Virus record (IMG/VR): IMGVR_UViG_3300032332_000934
Location: 1 to 64,000 of that record
Strand: one strand, 5' to 3'
Origin: a virus
Lineage: Duplodnaviria > Caudoviricetes
Length of the DNA stretch: 64,000 nt
The position numbers were made by a program, and so were the translations under genes. The notes under the pieces are model-generated. The model worked only from the letters and a program-made list of their open reading frames with translations, made no database searches and was not told the origin of the DNA. How positions within the stretch are numbered: position 1 is the stretch's first letter; every line of letters begins with the position of its first letter. This document shows, piece by piece, positions 27,373 to 37,673 of this stretch.

Positions 27373-27582
27373 TCAGTATCCCCCAAGACATTCATTACGA
27401 GTATGATATAGTCTGATCTTAGTCAATATCTTCTTAGTTGGAGCGTTTAATGGCTCTTCACATGCACCGCATGACATATCCCATTCACCGCTAAAAAAGT
27501 CATATTTCATACCTTTAAAATTAGCATACTTGTGTGCCACAAATGTAGCAAATGGATCAGGTATTTCTAAGCTCTGTAACAT
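27373..27582 (-). CDS. Hypothetical Zn-binding protein, leaderless
   Basis: TATAAT-N6-ATG; CGAC..H..C. Confidence 0.6.
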   Translation of the reverse strand: MLQSLEIPDPFATFVAHKYANFKGMKYDFFSGEWDMSCGACEEPLNAPTKKILTKIRLYHTRNECLGGY

Positions 27583-27621
27583 ATATTTATTATAGCATTT
27601 ATGTCAGGTACTGACAAGTGG

Positions 27622-27652
27622 GTCTCTACTTTTCGACTTCACTTTTTTCGCC
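27622..27652 (-). repeat. Right arm of a long-range inverted repeat
   Basis: Minus strand reads GGCGAAAAAAGTGAAGTCGAAAAGTAGAGAC, versus GGCGAAAAGTGAGCCGAAAAGTAGAGAC at 12199-12226. Confidence 0.75.
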
Positions 27653-27665
27653 ATCTATATGGGTA

Positions 27666-28610
27666 TTATAAAAGCCTATGAGATGTTCTATCTATATATC
27701 TGAATACCCTTTTGCTTCCCGCCTTTGGTGTTGCAGTAGGCTGTGGTGTAGGCTTTACATTCATCTGATCAACAATTAGCTCAGCCTGCTTTATTAGGTC
27801 TAAGTGATTGTACACAGGCTCAATTGCAAAGGCGTTGCCCTTATCTCCCCAAAATCCAGGTTGTCCACAGTTTGGTATACCAACACTATGTGCACCTGCT
27901 GGACCAAGGTAAACTTTATTGGTACCCCTCTTGATAAAGTAACCGCTTCCTGAGTCTCCGTCACACCCTGAACCTGTAGATGCAGAGTGTACTAATTGAA
28001 TGTCTAGCAATTCAAATGTTGACCCTTTTGGCCCCCAATTAGGATGTCCAACTGAGTAATAGCTTTCGTATATTTGTCTTGCTAATTCTTTATCAATCAT
28101 CTTTGCTTCAAGTTGCCTTGGACGCTGATCTTTTTTACGAGTGTTGTCGTATGAGCTATATCCAATTGAATACACTGGCTCTTGATTACGGATTATATCT
28201 AAAAGATCATTACTCTTAATTAGATCTACCTTTTGAGTCATTGGAAGTGGCTCTTGAAGAATTAGAATTGCAAAATCATTTGAACGACTTAAAACTGAGT
28301 TGCCAGCAGCAATAGATTCTTTAGTAACTATTCTATCTTTAAATCCTGGAGCCATAAGTATCTTATCGACTTTAGACCTTTGGCCTGAGCTGTTGTTAAC
28401 AAATAGTTCACCCTTAGCCCATTGATCCATTCCGTGTGAGGATGTGAATACAATTTGTGGTTGATACAAGAAAGCATTTACTGAGCCATCTAATAGATAG
28501 ACGGCATTCTCATCTTGAGTTAATAGTGTGCCATTCTCAACTGCATATGCAGGAGAAATAAACATGACAATTGATGTAGCAATTGATGCTACTAAGCGAT
28601 ATTTAATCAT
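27666..28610 (-). CDS. Secreted trypsin-like (S1) serine protease
   Basis: Signal peptide; TSSH, NDFAIL and CDGDSGSG triad motifs. Confidence 0.8.
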   Translation of the reverse strand: MIKYRLVASIATSIVMFISPAYAVENGTLLTQDENAVYLLDGSVNAFLYQPQIVFTSSHGMDQWAKGELFVNNSSGQRSKVDKILMAPGFKDRIVTKESIAAGNSVLSRSNDFAILILQEPLPMTQKVDLIKSNDLLDIIRNQEPVYSIGYSSYDNTRKKDQRPRQLEAKMIDKELARQIYESYYSVGHPNWGPKGSTFELLDIQLVHSASTGSGCDGDSGSGYFIKRGTNKVYLGPAGAHSVGIPNCGQPGFWGDKGNAFAIEPVYNHLDLIKQAELIVDQMNVKPTPQPTATPKAGSKRVFRYIDRTSHRLL

Positions 28611-28818
28611 ATTTACATTATATCCTAGTTGACTAGGAATTGTCAATAGTTAAGAGGATAGTCCTTTAAATGAGTGGCATTCGCATACGCCTACTACATC
28701 ATATGTTTGATCTATTTCAGCAAGATCATTGTACTTAGCTATGTTATTACAGTAATGACATTTTTCGGGCTGTTCCGCCTTTTCTAGATATGCCTCTAGG
28801 TTATCTAGTACACCCATA

Positions 28819-29040
28819 CTACTTGTTCCTTGGTATTAGCTTCTGTGGGCCTTCTGTGCCGAATAGAGACTTCTTTACTGGTACGCAGTTAGGTACTTTT
28901 CTTCCACCCTTATCTTTCATACCAACCTGCTTATATCCGCTCCAGCAAGCTTTCTCAATATTATCCCACTTATCTTCATCTGGGTTCTCTGACTCATACC
29001 CCTTTGAGATCTCTTCATCTGTTAATTCAATGTTATCCAT
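28819..29040 (-). CDS. Phage protein with CWxGY...VPNCVP motif
   Basis: Motif recurrent in aquatic phage proteins. Confidence 0.65.
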   Translation of the reverse strand: MDNIELTDEEISKGYESENPDEDKWDNIEKACWSGYKQVGMKDKGGRKVPNCVPVKKSLFGTEGPQKLIPRNK

Positions 29041-29042
29041 AT

Positions 29043-29291
29043 TTATATTTTACCATATCTATCATCATCTGCAAGGATCTCCTCAAGCAATCCTTGAGGT
29101 ACATCGTGGCCAGCTTTAATATGCTCTCTAACGTGTGCCATTAAGTGACCATCATCGTGGATCTCTTCTGACATTGAGAATAAAGAATATTCATCTGATC
29201 CTTCATTTAGCCAGCATGCTGCACATTCAATCCATCCACCTACATGGGAATAGATATATATATCTGAATTAGAGAATCTGCTGTATGCCAT
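29043..29291 (-). CDS. Hypothetical protein (CAAC...H..H)
   Basis: ORF track. Confidence 0.65.
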   Translation of the reverse strand: MAYSRFSNSDIYIYSHVGGWIECAACWLNEGSDEYSLFSMSEEIHDDGHLMAHVREHIKAGHDVPQGLLEEILADDDRYGKI

Positions 29292-29401
29292 TACATTGCT
29301 TTCTTTACTTTGTTTAATGCCTTGTGAAACTTAACATATCTAATTGGATTCTTCCACCACTTAAGCGGAAGCTTTACTTTCTTCTTTGTCATCATGCCCC
29401 C

Positions 29402-30181
29402 TTACTTGAATATTTTCTTACTCCAGAATTTCTGTTTGTAATTAGTATCGTGATCAAGGTCTACGACCCTGTATTTTGTATCCATCTCTTGCCTATGAAT
29501 TGCCGTTTCTTCTTCATTATAAAATATGTTCTCATGCTGCCAAGCTTCGTTCTTAAATGGAATAATCTGGATAAATGGTGTGCCAGCCTCTATTATACCT
29601 TCAAAGTCGTCTTTAATAAAGAAGGGAATTAGTCCACCATTTATATATCCGCTGCAGTCAATTATTCCAGATATCGTTATAAAAGGTAGATCAAATCTAT
29701 TTATTGGGTGTGCAAACAGAGCTATGTAGCCTTCTGGAAGCTCTGGGAACCAGTTAACATTCCAGGCAAGGTGAATTGGGCTATAACCTTTAGGTGTCGG
29801 GAACCCCTCGTTTGCGCCTCTTACAAAACAAAACTCACCTTTTTTTCCATTAACGCCAGTAGTGAATGCATCATCAAGGACTACTGAAATTAAACCATCT
29901 GTTTGTTTTATTTCTATATCACATGGGGTTGACAGTATGTATCCAGAAGATAGAGAATCTAATAATGCTGGACAAGTTTTATATGTGCGTTGTCTAATTA
30001 ATTTCGTTGAACCATCTTTAGTCTTATAAAACTCTACGGCCTTGTTATTTTTACCGTCAGTTATGTATTTATCTTTAGATAAGTACCACTCTGGCATAAA
30101 GTTTTTTGATGGTTGTGGGCTATGCATTGAAACAGAGTTATTACTGTTAGATTTAGAATGAAACTTTATTTTGTTTTTCAT
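29402..30181 (-). CDS. Conserved phage protein (TYKTCP...GTPFIQIIPF), possibly dUTPase-like beta-clip fold
   Basis: Motif recognition only; function unknown. Confidence 0.55.
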   Translation of the reverse strand: MKNKIKFHSKSNSNNSVSMHSPQPSKNFMPEWYLSKDKYITDGKNNKAVEFYKTKDGSTKLIRQRTYKTCPALLDSLSSGYILSTPCDIEIKQTDGLISVVLDDAFTTGVNGKKGEFCFVRGANEGFPTPKGYSPIHLAWNVNWFPELPEGYIALFAHPINRFDLPFITISGIIDCSGYINGGLIPFFIKDDFEGIIEAGTPFIQIIPFKNEAWQHENIFYNEEETAIHRQEMDTKYRVVDLDHDTNYKQKFWSKKIFK

Positions 30182-30411
30182 AAATGTATTTTGTTTACTG
30201 GTTTTTTAGACCAGTGTATGTAAGATCTAATATAAACTGCAGCATACGCAATGGCTGAGAATATAAATCCATATTCTTTTGTTATGACTGCATAAGTTAT
30301 CCATAAGCATTCATTAAAAAGTAATACAAACCATCCCCATTTATCTTTTCTGCCGACAAAATATATACCAGCTACGCCAATTATAGCTAGCATCCATGAG
30401 TACCACCACAT
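30178..30411 (-). CDS. Small PnuC-like membrane protein
   Basis: Three hydrophobic Trp-rich helices. Confidence 0.45.
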   Translation of the reverse strand: MWWYSWMLAIIGVAGIYFVGRKDKWGWFVLLFNECLWITYAVITKEYGFIFSAIAYAAVYIRSYIHWSKKPVNKIHL

Positions 30412-30622
30412 ATTATATCCTTATCGTTAGATATCTATTATACCATCAGTTGTGTCAACGTAGTTGACTGGAAGCTCTCCATTTTCGGCGGGCTCACTAA
30501 TTGGGATCTTATTTTCATGATATTGCAAATGAAAATCTAATAATTGATGTGTAGTTGCACAAAAACATATTGGGCAATGTGTAATCCATTGAGACTTATC
30601 TGACCATTGTTTAGGCATTAAG

Positions 30623-30693
30623 CTCCAGGTGAGGGAATCGGACCTTCATTGTCAGTTTCGGAAACTGCTCTACGACCATTATAGGAACCTGAA
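30623..30693 (-). tRNA. Atypical tRNA-Arg(CCG)
   Basis: Acceptor TTCAGGT/ACCTGGA-G; anticodon loop TTCCGAA; T-loop TCCGATT deviates from TTCG. Confidence 0.55.
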
Positions 30694-30696
30694 ATT

Positions 30697-30966
30697 CTAA
30701 TTACTATCTTCCTTACTTAACCATTGATCTTCCCACAAACCTATTAAAGATTTATTTCCAATATCATCAAAATAATAACGCTTAGCGTTACTATCGTAAT
30801 TCCAACCATACCACATGTCACCTTCCATCCAGCTGCATGAGGCTATATCTGTTAAATCTGAATTAGTAAATACATCAGACAAATGATCATACATATGTAC
30901 TTCTTCAAAGATGGCTTCTCTTAAAGATGTAAATCTAAATATACGATTAACTAACCAATCAATCAT
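30697..30966 (-). CDS. Hypothetical protein
   Basis: ORF track. Confidence 0.55.
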   Translation of the reverse strand: MIDWLVNRIFRFTSLREAIFEEVHMYDHLSDVFTNSDLTDIASCSWMEGDMWYGWNYDSNAKRYYFDDIGNKSLIGLWEDQWLSKEDSN

Positions 30967-31199
30967 TATTCTCTGGATCCTTTTCCCATGTTAGTTTTCC
31001 ATCTTTATATACAGGCCAATATCCTAATGAACGCCAATCCATTTTCATTATATTTGGCTCTTTCATACCGCCACCTGTATTGGAATTATTGCCCCGCATC
31101 TTTCACAATATTGATATGTTGATCCAGTATATGGGCATGTACCTGCTTCTACAAGTGTATGCTTCTTTATTACGCATATGATCCTATTTATCATTGACA

Positions 31200-31496
31200 C
31201 TATCCTTTTATTGCCAGGACGCTTTTTGTATTTAAAAGTAAATACTTTTCTCCGTTTTCGTCTTCAATATCTATACCGCTGTTTTGATTGTAGTAAACGT
31301 TGTCACCAATTTCTAGTCCCTTGATTGGTATAAGCTCACCCTTATAGTTATGCTCACCATCCCCAAGGTCAACGATGTTACCTACTCTTAAAGCAGAATC
31401 ATTGAGGGAAGCCATTAAAACTATACCAGATGATGTAGTTCTATCTTCAACCCTATTCTCTTTAATTAATAATAAGTTCCCATAAGGCTTAATCAT
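31200..31496 (-). CDS. groES: Co-chaperonin GroES-like protein
   Basis: IKPYGNLLLIK...TSSGIVL...G.G...P...GD.V...YLLL....VLA pattern. Confidence 0.85.
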   Translation of the reverse strand: MIKPYGNLLLIKENRVEDRTTSSGIVLMASLNDSALRVGNIVDLGDGEHNYKGELIPIKGLEIGDNVYYNQNSGIDIEDENGEKYLLLNTKSVLAIKG

Positions 31497-31703
31497 TTTT
31501 ATTCCTCAAAATCTCTCTGTGACTCCCAAAATTTATCACGCTTATATTTATCATGGATTTTAGTTGCATCTACAGCATTTTTCATATCTCTATAAGCAGT
31601 AAAAGCAAAATATCCAATAAGTGGTAGTAAAATTAATGTAAATAAAGTTTTCATAATTTAATTATACAATATCTATATGCGGATGTCAATAGAATATATT
31701 TAA

Positions 31704-32393
31704 TTAAAATTTATTTACCATATTAAAATCTATTTCATCATTATCGCTAAATGCAGATACATTTTTTATTATAATTGAAGATTCTCCACGGGAGTTTGCT
31801 TCAAGTGCCTTTAAGTGTGTTTCTGTATCCTTCATGGCATTAATATTGTTATTACCAAAACTTATCATTAAATTATTTGCGCCTGATAAGTAATTAAAGT
31901 AGAATATTTTAGATCCATCAATTTCAATACGAACAACTCGATGTTTTTGCATCTTATCATCTGTCCATTTTATTAAATCGTTATCTATTAATTCTGCATT
32001 TAAATGAAGACAGTCTTCAAATTCACATTTTTTATTTGGGCACCATAAATTTTCTCGAGAAATTGTTATTTCAAACCTGTGCCACTCTTTATCAATATCT
32101 ATCAGATTAAAAAATCTAGGAGCATTTAATTTAAAATCATTATAAGACAAAGATACGCTATTATTTTTAATTAATATTGATGCAAAAGATTTAGAAGTTT
32201 CTTTTTCAAATGTTTCATCGCTGATATCAGTAAAAAAATCAATATCAACTACGGCAGCGTACGGCAATGGATTATCTTGAATTTTTACATCAAAAACTAA
32301 ATGTGATTTTTTGTTTAACCAAATGATCTCACTTATTGGAACATCCTTAATGTTGTATCCTAATAAATAAATATCTTCATTACTTAAAGGCAT
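31704..32393 (-). CDS. Hypothetical protein
   Basis: ORF track; in an operon with oxygenase and sulfotransferase genes. Confidence 0.65.
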   Translation of the reverse strand: MPLSNEDIYLLGYNIKDVPISEIIWLNKKSHLVFDVKIQDNPLPYAAVVDIDFFTDISDETFEKETSKSFASILIKNNSVSLSYNDFKLNAPRFFNLIDIDKEWHRFEITISRENLWCPNKKCEFEDCLHLNAELIDNDLIKWTDDKMQKHRVVRIEIDGSKIFYFNYLSGANNLMISFGNNNINAMKDTETHLKALEANSRGESSIIIKNVSAFSDNDEIDFNMVNKF

Positions 32394-32395
32394 TT

Positions 32396-33703
32396 TTATC
32401 CAGAATACTCTGTTCCGTCGTATCCAGCTATTGTAGTGTTATTTGCTTTGGCCCAACTTGAAAGTAGTGCGGGCAATGCTGGATCGTCAGAGTCGCTACC
32501 AAAAAGAGTTCTTGGGTCATGAACTATTGGATTTTCTTTAAATATATCTCTATCTTGGCCTAATGATACCCAGTTTGGAAGAGTCATTCTTATACCGCTC
32601 ATTATTCTAGTGACAGCATGTTGATAAGAAGATGGAAAAAAGATTGCACTATATTTTTTAGGCTTATACGTTAAATCAATATCTTTAAACTTTATGTATC
32701 CGCCATCATATTCATCATTTAAATATATAACACTACTAAAATATAAATGTTGTGCAAATTTATGATCATCTGTATGCATTGGAAGAACAGTATTTGGGCC
32801 GAGCCTGGTCATCCAAAATGCTGATGTGCATAAGTCTTCCTTGCCAGATATATTTTTAAATTCAGACATTGTTCTGTCCGAAATAACTTTTATCATTTCC
32901 AATGCATCATCATGATTTTTTAATGGAACTAACTCTGGAATATTTGCCTCGCTTCTAATTTTTCCTCTAACCTCACCCCTTGTTAATGGAAACTTAGACT
33001 TATCATCTTTATTTTTATTTATATAATCTATAAAAAAATTAGCTTCTTCTTCAGATATAAAATTTTCAACTATTTTTATGTTGGGGTCTAATTCTTCATT
33101 GTATGTTCTAAAAGAGTATTCTGGCAAAATATCTATCAGTAGGTGAACCCTATCCTCTTCACTATCATTAGAAACGGAATGGTATTTGAGGTTATTTATC
33201 TCCCAGCATTCAGATGTTTTCATATTAATAGTTTCTTCTCCTACTGTATAAAAAACATTTGAGTTGGTAATTAAAGGTATATGAAATCTTCTAACTGTAG
33301 ACAAATAGTCACCGTTATCTTTATGAACCGCCACATTTTTTTTAGCTCCAAGCTTAATCAAAAGAACTCTGGCAGATTTACCTACAACTTTTTCTTCAAG
33401 GGCTTCTATTATGTGAGAGACACTTAAAAAAGCTTCCAAATCTTGTATTTCGGATTTAATTGGTGTTCCAAACTTCCAATCTAGAGGATGATTTTGAACT
33501 ATGTATGTATTTGTGTGCAGGTGCGGATTTACCCTGTCCCCATAGACCTCATTTTGCCTAGATGTATAAAGACTCCATTTCTCATTAAGGTCTTTGGATA
33601 GCTTTAAAATATTATCAGTGTCGTATGAGCAAACAAGATCAAAATTAAAGGACTCTAATTCTTTTTTAGGCCTATCTGGGCTCAGTATCATTTTGCTCCT
33701 CAA
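32396..33703 (-). CDS. Fusion of an Asp/Asn beta-hydroxylase-like domain and a 2OG-Fe(II) oxygenase domain
   Basis: HKD..RFHIPLITN..WEINN..HSV.N..DRVHLLID, then HTD..YLN..YDGG..H.V..I.SG.R. Confidence 0.85.
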   Translation of the reverse strand: MRSKMILSPDRPKKELESFNFDLVCSYDTDNILKLSKDLNEKWSLYTSRQNEVYGDRVNPHLHTNTYIVQNHPLDWKFGTPIKSEIQDLEAFLSVSHIIEALEEKVVGKSARVLLIKLGAKKNVAVHKDNGDYLSTVRRFHIPLITNSNVFYTVGEETINMKTSECWEINNLKYHSVSNDSEEDRVHLLIDILPEYSFRTYNEELDPNIKIVENFISEEEANFFIDYINKNKDDKSKFPLTRGEVRGKIRSEANIPELVPLKNHDDALEMIKVISDRTMSEFKNISGKEDLCTSAFWMTRLGPNTVLPMHTDDHKFAQHLYFSSVIYLNDEYDGGYIKFKDIDLTYKPKKYSAIFFPSSYQHAVTRIMSGIRMTLPNWVSLGQDRDIFKENPIVHDPRTLFGSDSDDPALPALLSSWAKANNTTIAGYDGTEYSG

Positions 33704-34487
33704 TATCTTTTACAAAATTATAAATAGCATAGTCTATGCTATTTAAATGTAAAATCTTTTCTATATCTTTTTCACTAAGCATTTCAATTAAATCTTTAGA
33801 AGAATAAGATTTTTCGTTATGGGTAGATAGGCTTTCGTTTATCCTATCACTTTTGTTAAAATTAATAACGAGGCCGTGATTGCTTAAGAACCAATCTGAA
33901 ATATCTTTTAAAAATAAATCTATCCTTGCAACTGTATTTTTTATTTTAAATTTAGAAAGATTTTCTATTGCCAACTCTAAGGAAGTTTTTTCATTTCCAA
34001 CAAACCAATCAAAAGCCAAACCATTTTGATATTTTTTTAAAATATCATTGCTTTCTTTAAAATATTGTTTCCTATCCCATGACCTTGAGTCTGATGGGTT
34101 GCACAAAAATCTACTCTGATAATTATTATGTGATAAGAAGTTGTTGTCTTCAAATAAATAATAAAAAAACTTTTCCTTCATTGTACCAAGATCCATATAT
34201 TCTTTTCTTGTATCTAAATACATGTGATATATGAAGTTAAAATAGCTTGCTCTTGCATCAACTGGGTGTCTTACTATTGTAGCTACATCAACATCGTCTA
34301 TAGTTTCAGGAATGTACGTACCAGCATGTGCAGAAATGTATATTTTATCTAATAAAAACTCTTTATTGTTTGGGAAGTGAGTGCTAATGTATAAAGAACT
34401 CGAATGTTCTGGGATAGAATCTAATATACATTTAGATATAAACTTACCAGCTGTTTTTGGTATATGCAAAAAATACAACTGGCTCAC
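33672..34487 (-). CDS. Sulfotransferase family protein
   Basis: YFLHIPKTAG, VRHPVD..S and NSIDYAIY motifs. Confidence 0.85.
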   Translation of the reverse strand: MSQLYFLHIPKTAGKFISKCILDSIPEHSSSLYISTHFPNNKEFLLDKIYISAHAGTYIPETIDDVDVATIVRHPVDARASYFNFIYHMYLDTRKEYMDLGTMKEKFFYYLFEDNNFLSHNNYQSRFLCNPSDSRSWDRKQYFKESNDILKKYQNGLAFDWFVGNEKTSLELAIENLSKFKIKNTVARIDLFLKDISDWFLSNHGLVINFNKSDRINESLSTHNEKSYSSKDLIEMLSEKDIEKILHLNSIDYAIYNFVKDIEEQNDTEPR

Positions 34488-34492
34488 AATAT

Positions 34493-34972
34493 TTACTCTT
34501 CAATGTTTTTTAAAGTTTTAAAGCCATCATTAAACTCATTTGAAAGCAACATATTTCTTTTTTCCGCCATACCATTTTTCATTAACCATTTTACATTACC
34601 ATGCATGTCTACCAGACAAGATAGTCTCTCTGGAATATCATACTCTTCATTTAAGCTAGAAAACTTTTTAGATATAGATCTATCATGGTCTAAAAATATA
34701 TTCCAGAAATCTGGTATATTATTTTCTTTTTTCCATGATTCAGTTTCTTCTTCAGAATTGCATGTGACAACCACAAGTGCAATACCATCAACTGAGATGT
34801 AACCATCTTTTAGCTCTTTAACTTCAATTGAACATGTGTCACTTAGTATATTTGGAATAAAATGAATATTTAAATATTTATAATTATCTAACTCCATAGA
34901 AGAAATAAGGGAATAAGTTGCTTCCTTGACTAAATCTTGGCTAATCCATTCAGGATTAATTTCTTTATTCAT
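34493..34972 (-). CDS. Thioredoxin/peroxiredoxin-fold-like protein
   Basis: Weak AhpC-like pattern (FLDHDRSISKKF...PERLSCLVD..G.V). Confidence 0.45.
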   Translation of the reverse strand: MNKEINPEWISQDLVKEATYSLISSMELDNYKYLNIHFIPNILSDTCSIEVKELKDGYISVDGIALVVVTCNSEEETESWKKENNIPDFWNIFLDHDRSISKKFSSLNEEYDIPERLSCLVDMHGNVKWLMKNGMAEKRNMLLSNEFNDGFKTLKNIEE

Positions 34973-35334
34973 GGTTAAATCTCCTTTTTATTTTTTCCCA
35001 TTGACCAATTTTACCAGAAGATACTTTAGATCGCAATAGCTCAGAAAAAATTTCATGAGAATTTTGATTTCCAATGTATTCTTGACCAGTTTCCATATCA
35101 ATAATTTTCCATTTAGCTGGGGCTTTAGTATGTATTATTAAATCTATGGGATGTAAAAATTCTTCTACTTCTGTCCCGTCTTGAAGTTTTCTAATTTTAT
35201 ATCCCCTTTATGGTTTGGATGATAATCATCTACAATAGATTTAATTCTACCGTCTTTTCTAATTTTTATAATCTTTCCATCTTTTATTATAGTATCATTA
35301 AAGGGTGGGTGTTTACCAAATTTTTTTGGAGACA

Positions 35335-35511
35335 TTATATTTTTTTTCTGCCCACCTTTTTGGGTGGAACTGCAGGAGTTTCTCTCCTTATGCCATGTTT
35401 ATTAACATCCACTTTCATTGGAGGTCTTTTTTCATGAATACCAGATTTAAATTTACCCTGAGAAGGATTTTTTTTAGTTGCCTCTCCAGAGTTTACAACG
35501 TTTTCTGACAC
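35335..35511 (-). CDS. Small basic protein (58 aa)
   Basis: Manual translation; GTG overlaps the upstream TAG. Confidence 0.5.
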   Translation of the reverse strand: MSENVVNSGEATKKNPSQGKFKSGIHEKRPPMKVDVNKHGIRRETPAVPPKKVGRKKI

Positions 35512-35618
35512 TAGTTGCCCTTAATCTGTGTGATAGTTACAACATTTCTGCTAGCTGGTGACTCAGCAGACTCATTTTGAATTTCTTGCTCTAAACCGCA
35601 TCCGCAATCTTTGCACAT
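35511..35618 (-). CDS. 35-aa peptide MCKDCGCG...
   Basis: Manual translation; TAATG coupling. Confidence 0.65.
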   Translation of the reverse strand: MCKDCGCGLEQEIQNESAESPASRNVVTITQIKGN

Positions 35619-35767
35619 TATTCGCTTATAAACCTTTCTGTTTCAGATCTCGTTGATGTCATGCTTAATGTTACTCCAGCATTACCTTGAGAGGTCTTAT
35701 CTTCAATTGAAACTGGAACTATACCAGTTTCGCTTCCTACTGAACCGCATCCGCATTCAATACACAT
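35618..35767 (-). CDS. 49-aa peptide MCIECGCG...SQGNAG...
   Basis: Manual translation; starts 2 nt after the upstream stop. Confidence 0.65.
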   Translation of the reverse strand: MCIECGCGSVGSETGIVPVSIEDKTSQGNAGVTLSMTSTRSETERFISE

Positions 35768-35769
35768 AA

Positions 35770-35985
35770 TTACTTGTATGTTCCTGGCATGTCTGATTCA
35801 TCTGCACCTGTAATTGGAAGCGCTGATGAAGATCCTTCTCCATTTAGCCCTGCATTGCCTTGTGAAGACATGTCTGATGATGCAAAAGCTTTTCCTGGTG
35901 CATCTGAAAGGTGCAAGTTAAGGTTGTTTGATCCTGACTGCTCGCCTGTCTCGTTAAATCCTGTTAAATTCAATCCATCTGTCAT
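35770..35985 (-). CDS. Gly/Ser-rich disordered peptide containing SQGNAG
   Basis: ORF track; AGGAG RBS. Confidence 0.7.
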   Translation of the reverse strand: MTDGLNLTGFNETGEQSGSNNLNLHLSDAPGKAFASSDMSSQGNAGLNGEGSSSALPITGADESDMPGTYK

Positions 35986-36198
35986 TTTATTACTCCTATA
36001 GGTTATTAATTTAAGCGGGACTAGTATTCCGCTTATGAGTATATTATAGCATTTAGTTGATTAGGATCGATATTGTTCATGCCAGCAATCATCACATATA
36101 TCTATAATCTCACCGACTTTACCAGAAAGCCTCGTGGCTTTGTTGCCACAGTCTTTTATTTCACAAAATCCACTAAACATTTTTACCCATTTTATCCC

Positions 36199-36879
36199 TT
36201 AATTTCTTATTTTTTCTAAGATTCTATCTGAATCAAATCCTTCAAATGCATACTCTTTTGATAAAGTAGACCAGAACACTATTGCATCCCTGGTACCCTC
36301 CGTAACTACTTTGCCACCGTGAGGTTTATTAGAAGGGAATATTACCATGTCACCAGCCTTGGGCTTGTAAACAATCCCGCCCATAGAATCATCGTAGAGA
36401 GGAAAAGAAACCATTGCTGATTTAGAATGGTCCATCCTTAAATCATTTTCTGTTGCAACATATTTATCTACAAAAGCTATCTCTCCGCCTTCATAATTGT
36501 CGTTTAAATACATTACTCCAGAGTAAACTAAATCACTAAATTCTTCGTGAACGTCAGAATGTAGTCTAATCTGTATGTCTTTACTTAGCCTTGTAATAGA
36601 TACTCCATAGAAATATATTTCCCTGCCATCTGAAAATTCATTTTTTGAAGAATCAATAAACATTTTAGAATACTTATCGATAACAGGCTGAAGATCTTTA
36701 AAAAGTGATGCTGGCTTTTCATCTGGGAATATTGCTCTAACTGCAATACCTTTATTATTTGCTAAACCAACCCTATGTCTAAATTTTGTTTGGTCTTCCC
36801 AGTTTTCGTCTATGTATTTTATTAAAAAATTAATATCTTCTTTAGAAGCAAAGTTACTTATAAATTTAACATCATGCAT
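36199..36879 (-). CDS. 2OG-Fe(II) oxygenase
   Basis: HSD...YLNDNYEGGEI...PKAGDMVIFPS..HG...V..G.R. Confidence 0.88.
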   Translation of the reverse strand: MHDVKFISNFASKEDINFLIKYIDENWEDQTKFRHRVGLANNKGIAVRAIFPDEKPASLFKDLQPVIDKYSKMFIDSSKNEFSDGREIYFYGVSITRLSKDIQIRLHSDVHEEFSDLVYSGVMYLNDNYEGGEIAFVDKYVATENDLRMDHSKSAMVSFPLYDDSMGGIVYKPKAGDMVIFPSNKPHGGKVVTEGTRDAIVFWSTLSKEYAFEGFDSDRILEKIRN

Positions 36880-37666
36880 TAAGTACCTCCAAATTTTTTT
36901 TTATAAATTCGTGAACCCTGTAAACTTCAGGATCAAACGGTAGGCCAGTAACCATTATATCAGTTACTCCATTTTTTTTAAGATCCATAAGTTTTTCCAA
37001 TAAAGTATTTTCTGAATAAAAATAGCACCACTTTAGCTTATCTCCATCGTAATTTGCATGCTTTACTTCATCAGCTTCTTCATCTGTATCCCTAATACAT
37101 ATCTGTAGGCTTACGCACCTGGTATCAAATTGAGATAAAAACTCTTTATTTTCCATATAATAATCAACCATTACCATTATGCCGCCGTTAAATTTTTTAC
37201 AATTATCAAAGGTTGCTTTTGAAGTACCACTCATAAACATTTTTGGTAGGTTACTCTTCAGTATTTCTAAGTTTTTAAATTTTTCTAGCCATAACCCAGT
37301 GTACTTAACCCTATCTTGCGAAGTCAATAATATAGATGAATCAACTAAATCTTCAACACTAGTCTCATTTGCATGCAAATCACCAGCAACAATATTAAAC
37401 ATAATCTTATCTCTTGCAATTTCTTCAAAGCCTTTTACCATAAGCCCAAGATACTCTGGGCTAATGGCATAAGTTCTCATTGCTATAATATATTTTAACG
37501 CTATGCTTGGGTCTATTGCCCTAGCAAGCTTAATAAACATGTCATTCTCTCTTGAATGGTAAGTTAACATGCATGAGGTATACCCAAAGCTATTAATATA
37601 ATTAAAAGCTTTTCTTAAACCATCTGGGCTTGTATCTTCATGCCTGATCATCCAATGAAATTTCAT
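36872..37666 (-). CDS. Luciferase-like (LLM) flavin monooxygenase, SsuD-like, truncated fold
   Basis: MKFHWM; LKYIIAMRTYAISP...IMFNIVAG resembles the alkanesulfonate monooxygenase family. Confidence 0.65.
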   Translation of the reverse strand: MKFHWMIRHEDTSPDGLRKAFNYINSFGYTSCMLTYHSRENDMFIKLARAIDPSIALKYIIAMRTYAISPEYLGLMVKGFEEIARDKIMFNIVAGDLHANETSVEDLVDSSILLTSQDRVKYTGLWLEKFKNLEILKSNLPKMFMSGTSKATFDNCKKFNGGIMVMVDYYMENKEFLSQFDTRCVSLQICIRDTDEEADEVKHANYDGDKLKWCYFYSENTLLEKLMDLKKNGVTDIMVTGLPFDPEVYRVHEFIKKNLEVLNA

Positions 37667-37673
37667 TTTTTAA

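Noticed and set aside
27590-27615. TTATGTCAGGT as a dif/Xer site
   Set aside because: Only a partial XerD-like arm; no XerC arm at the proper spacing.
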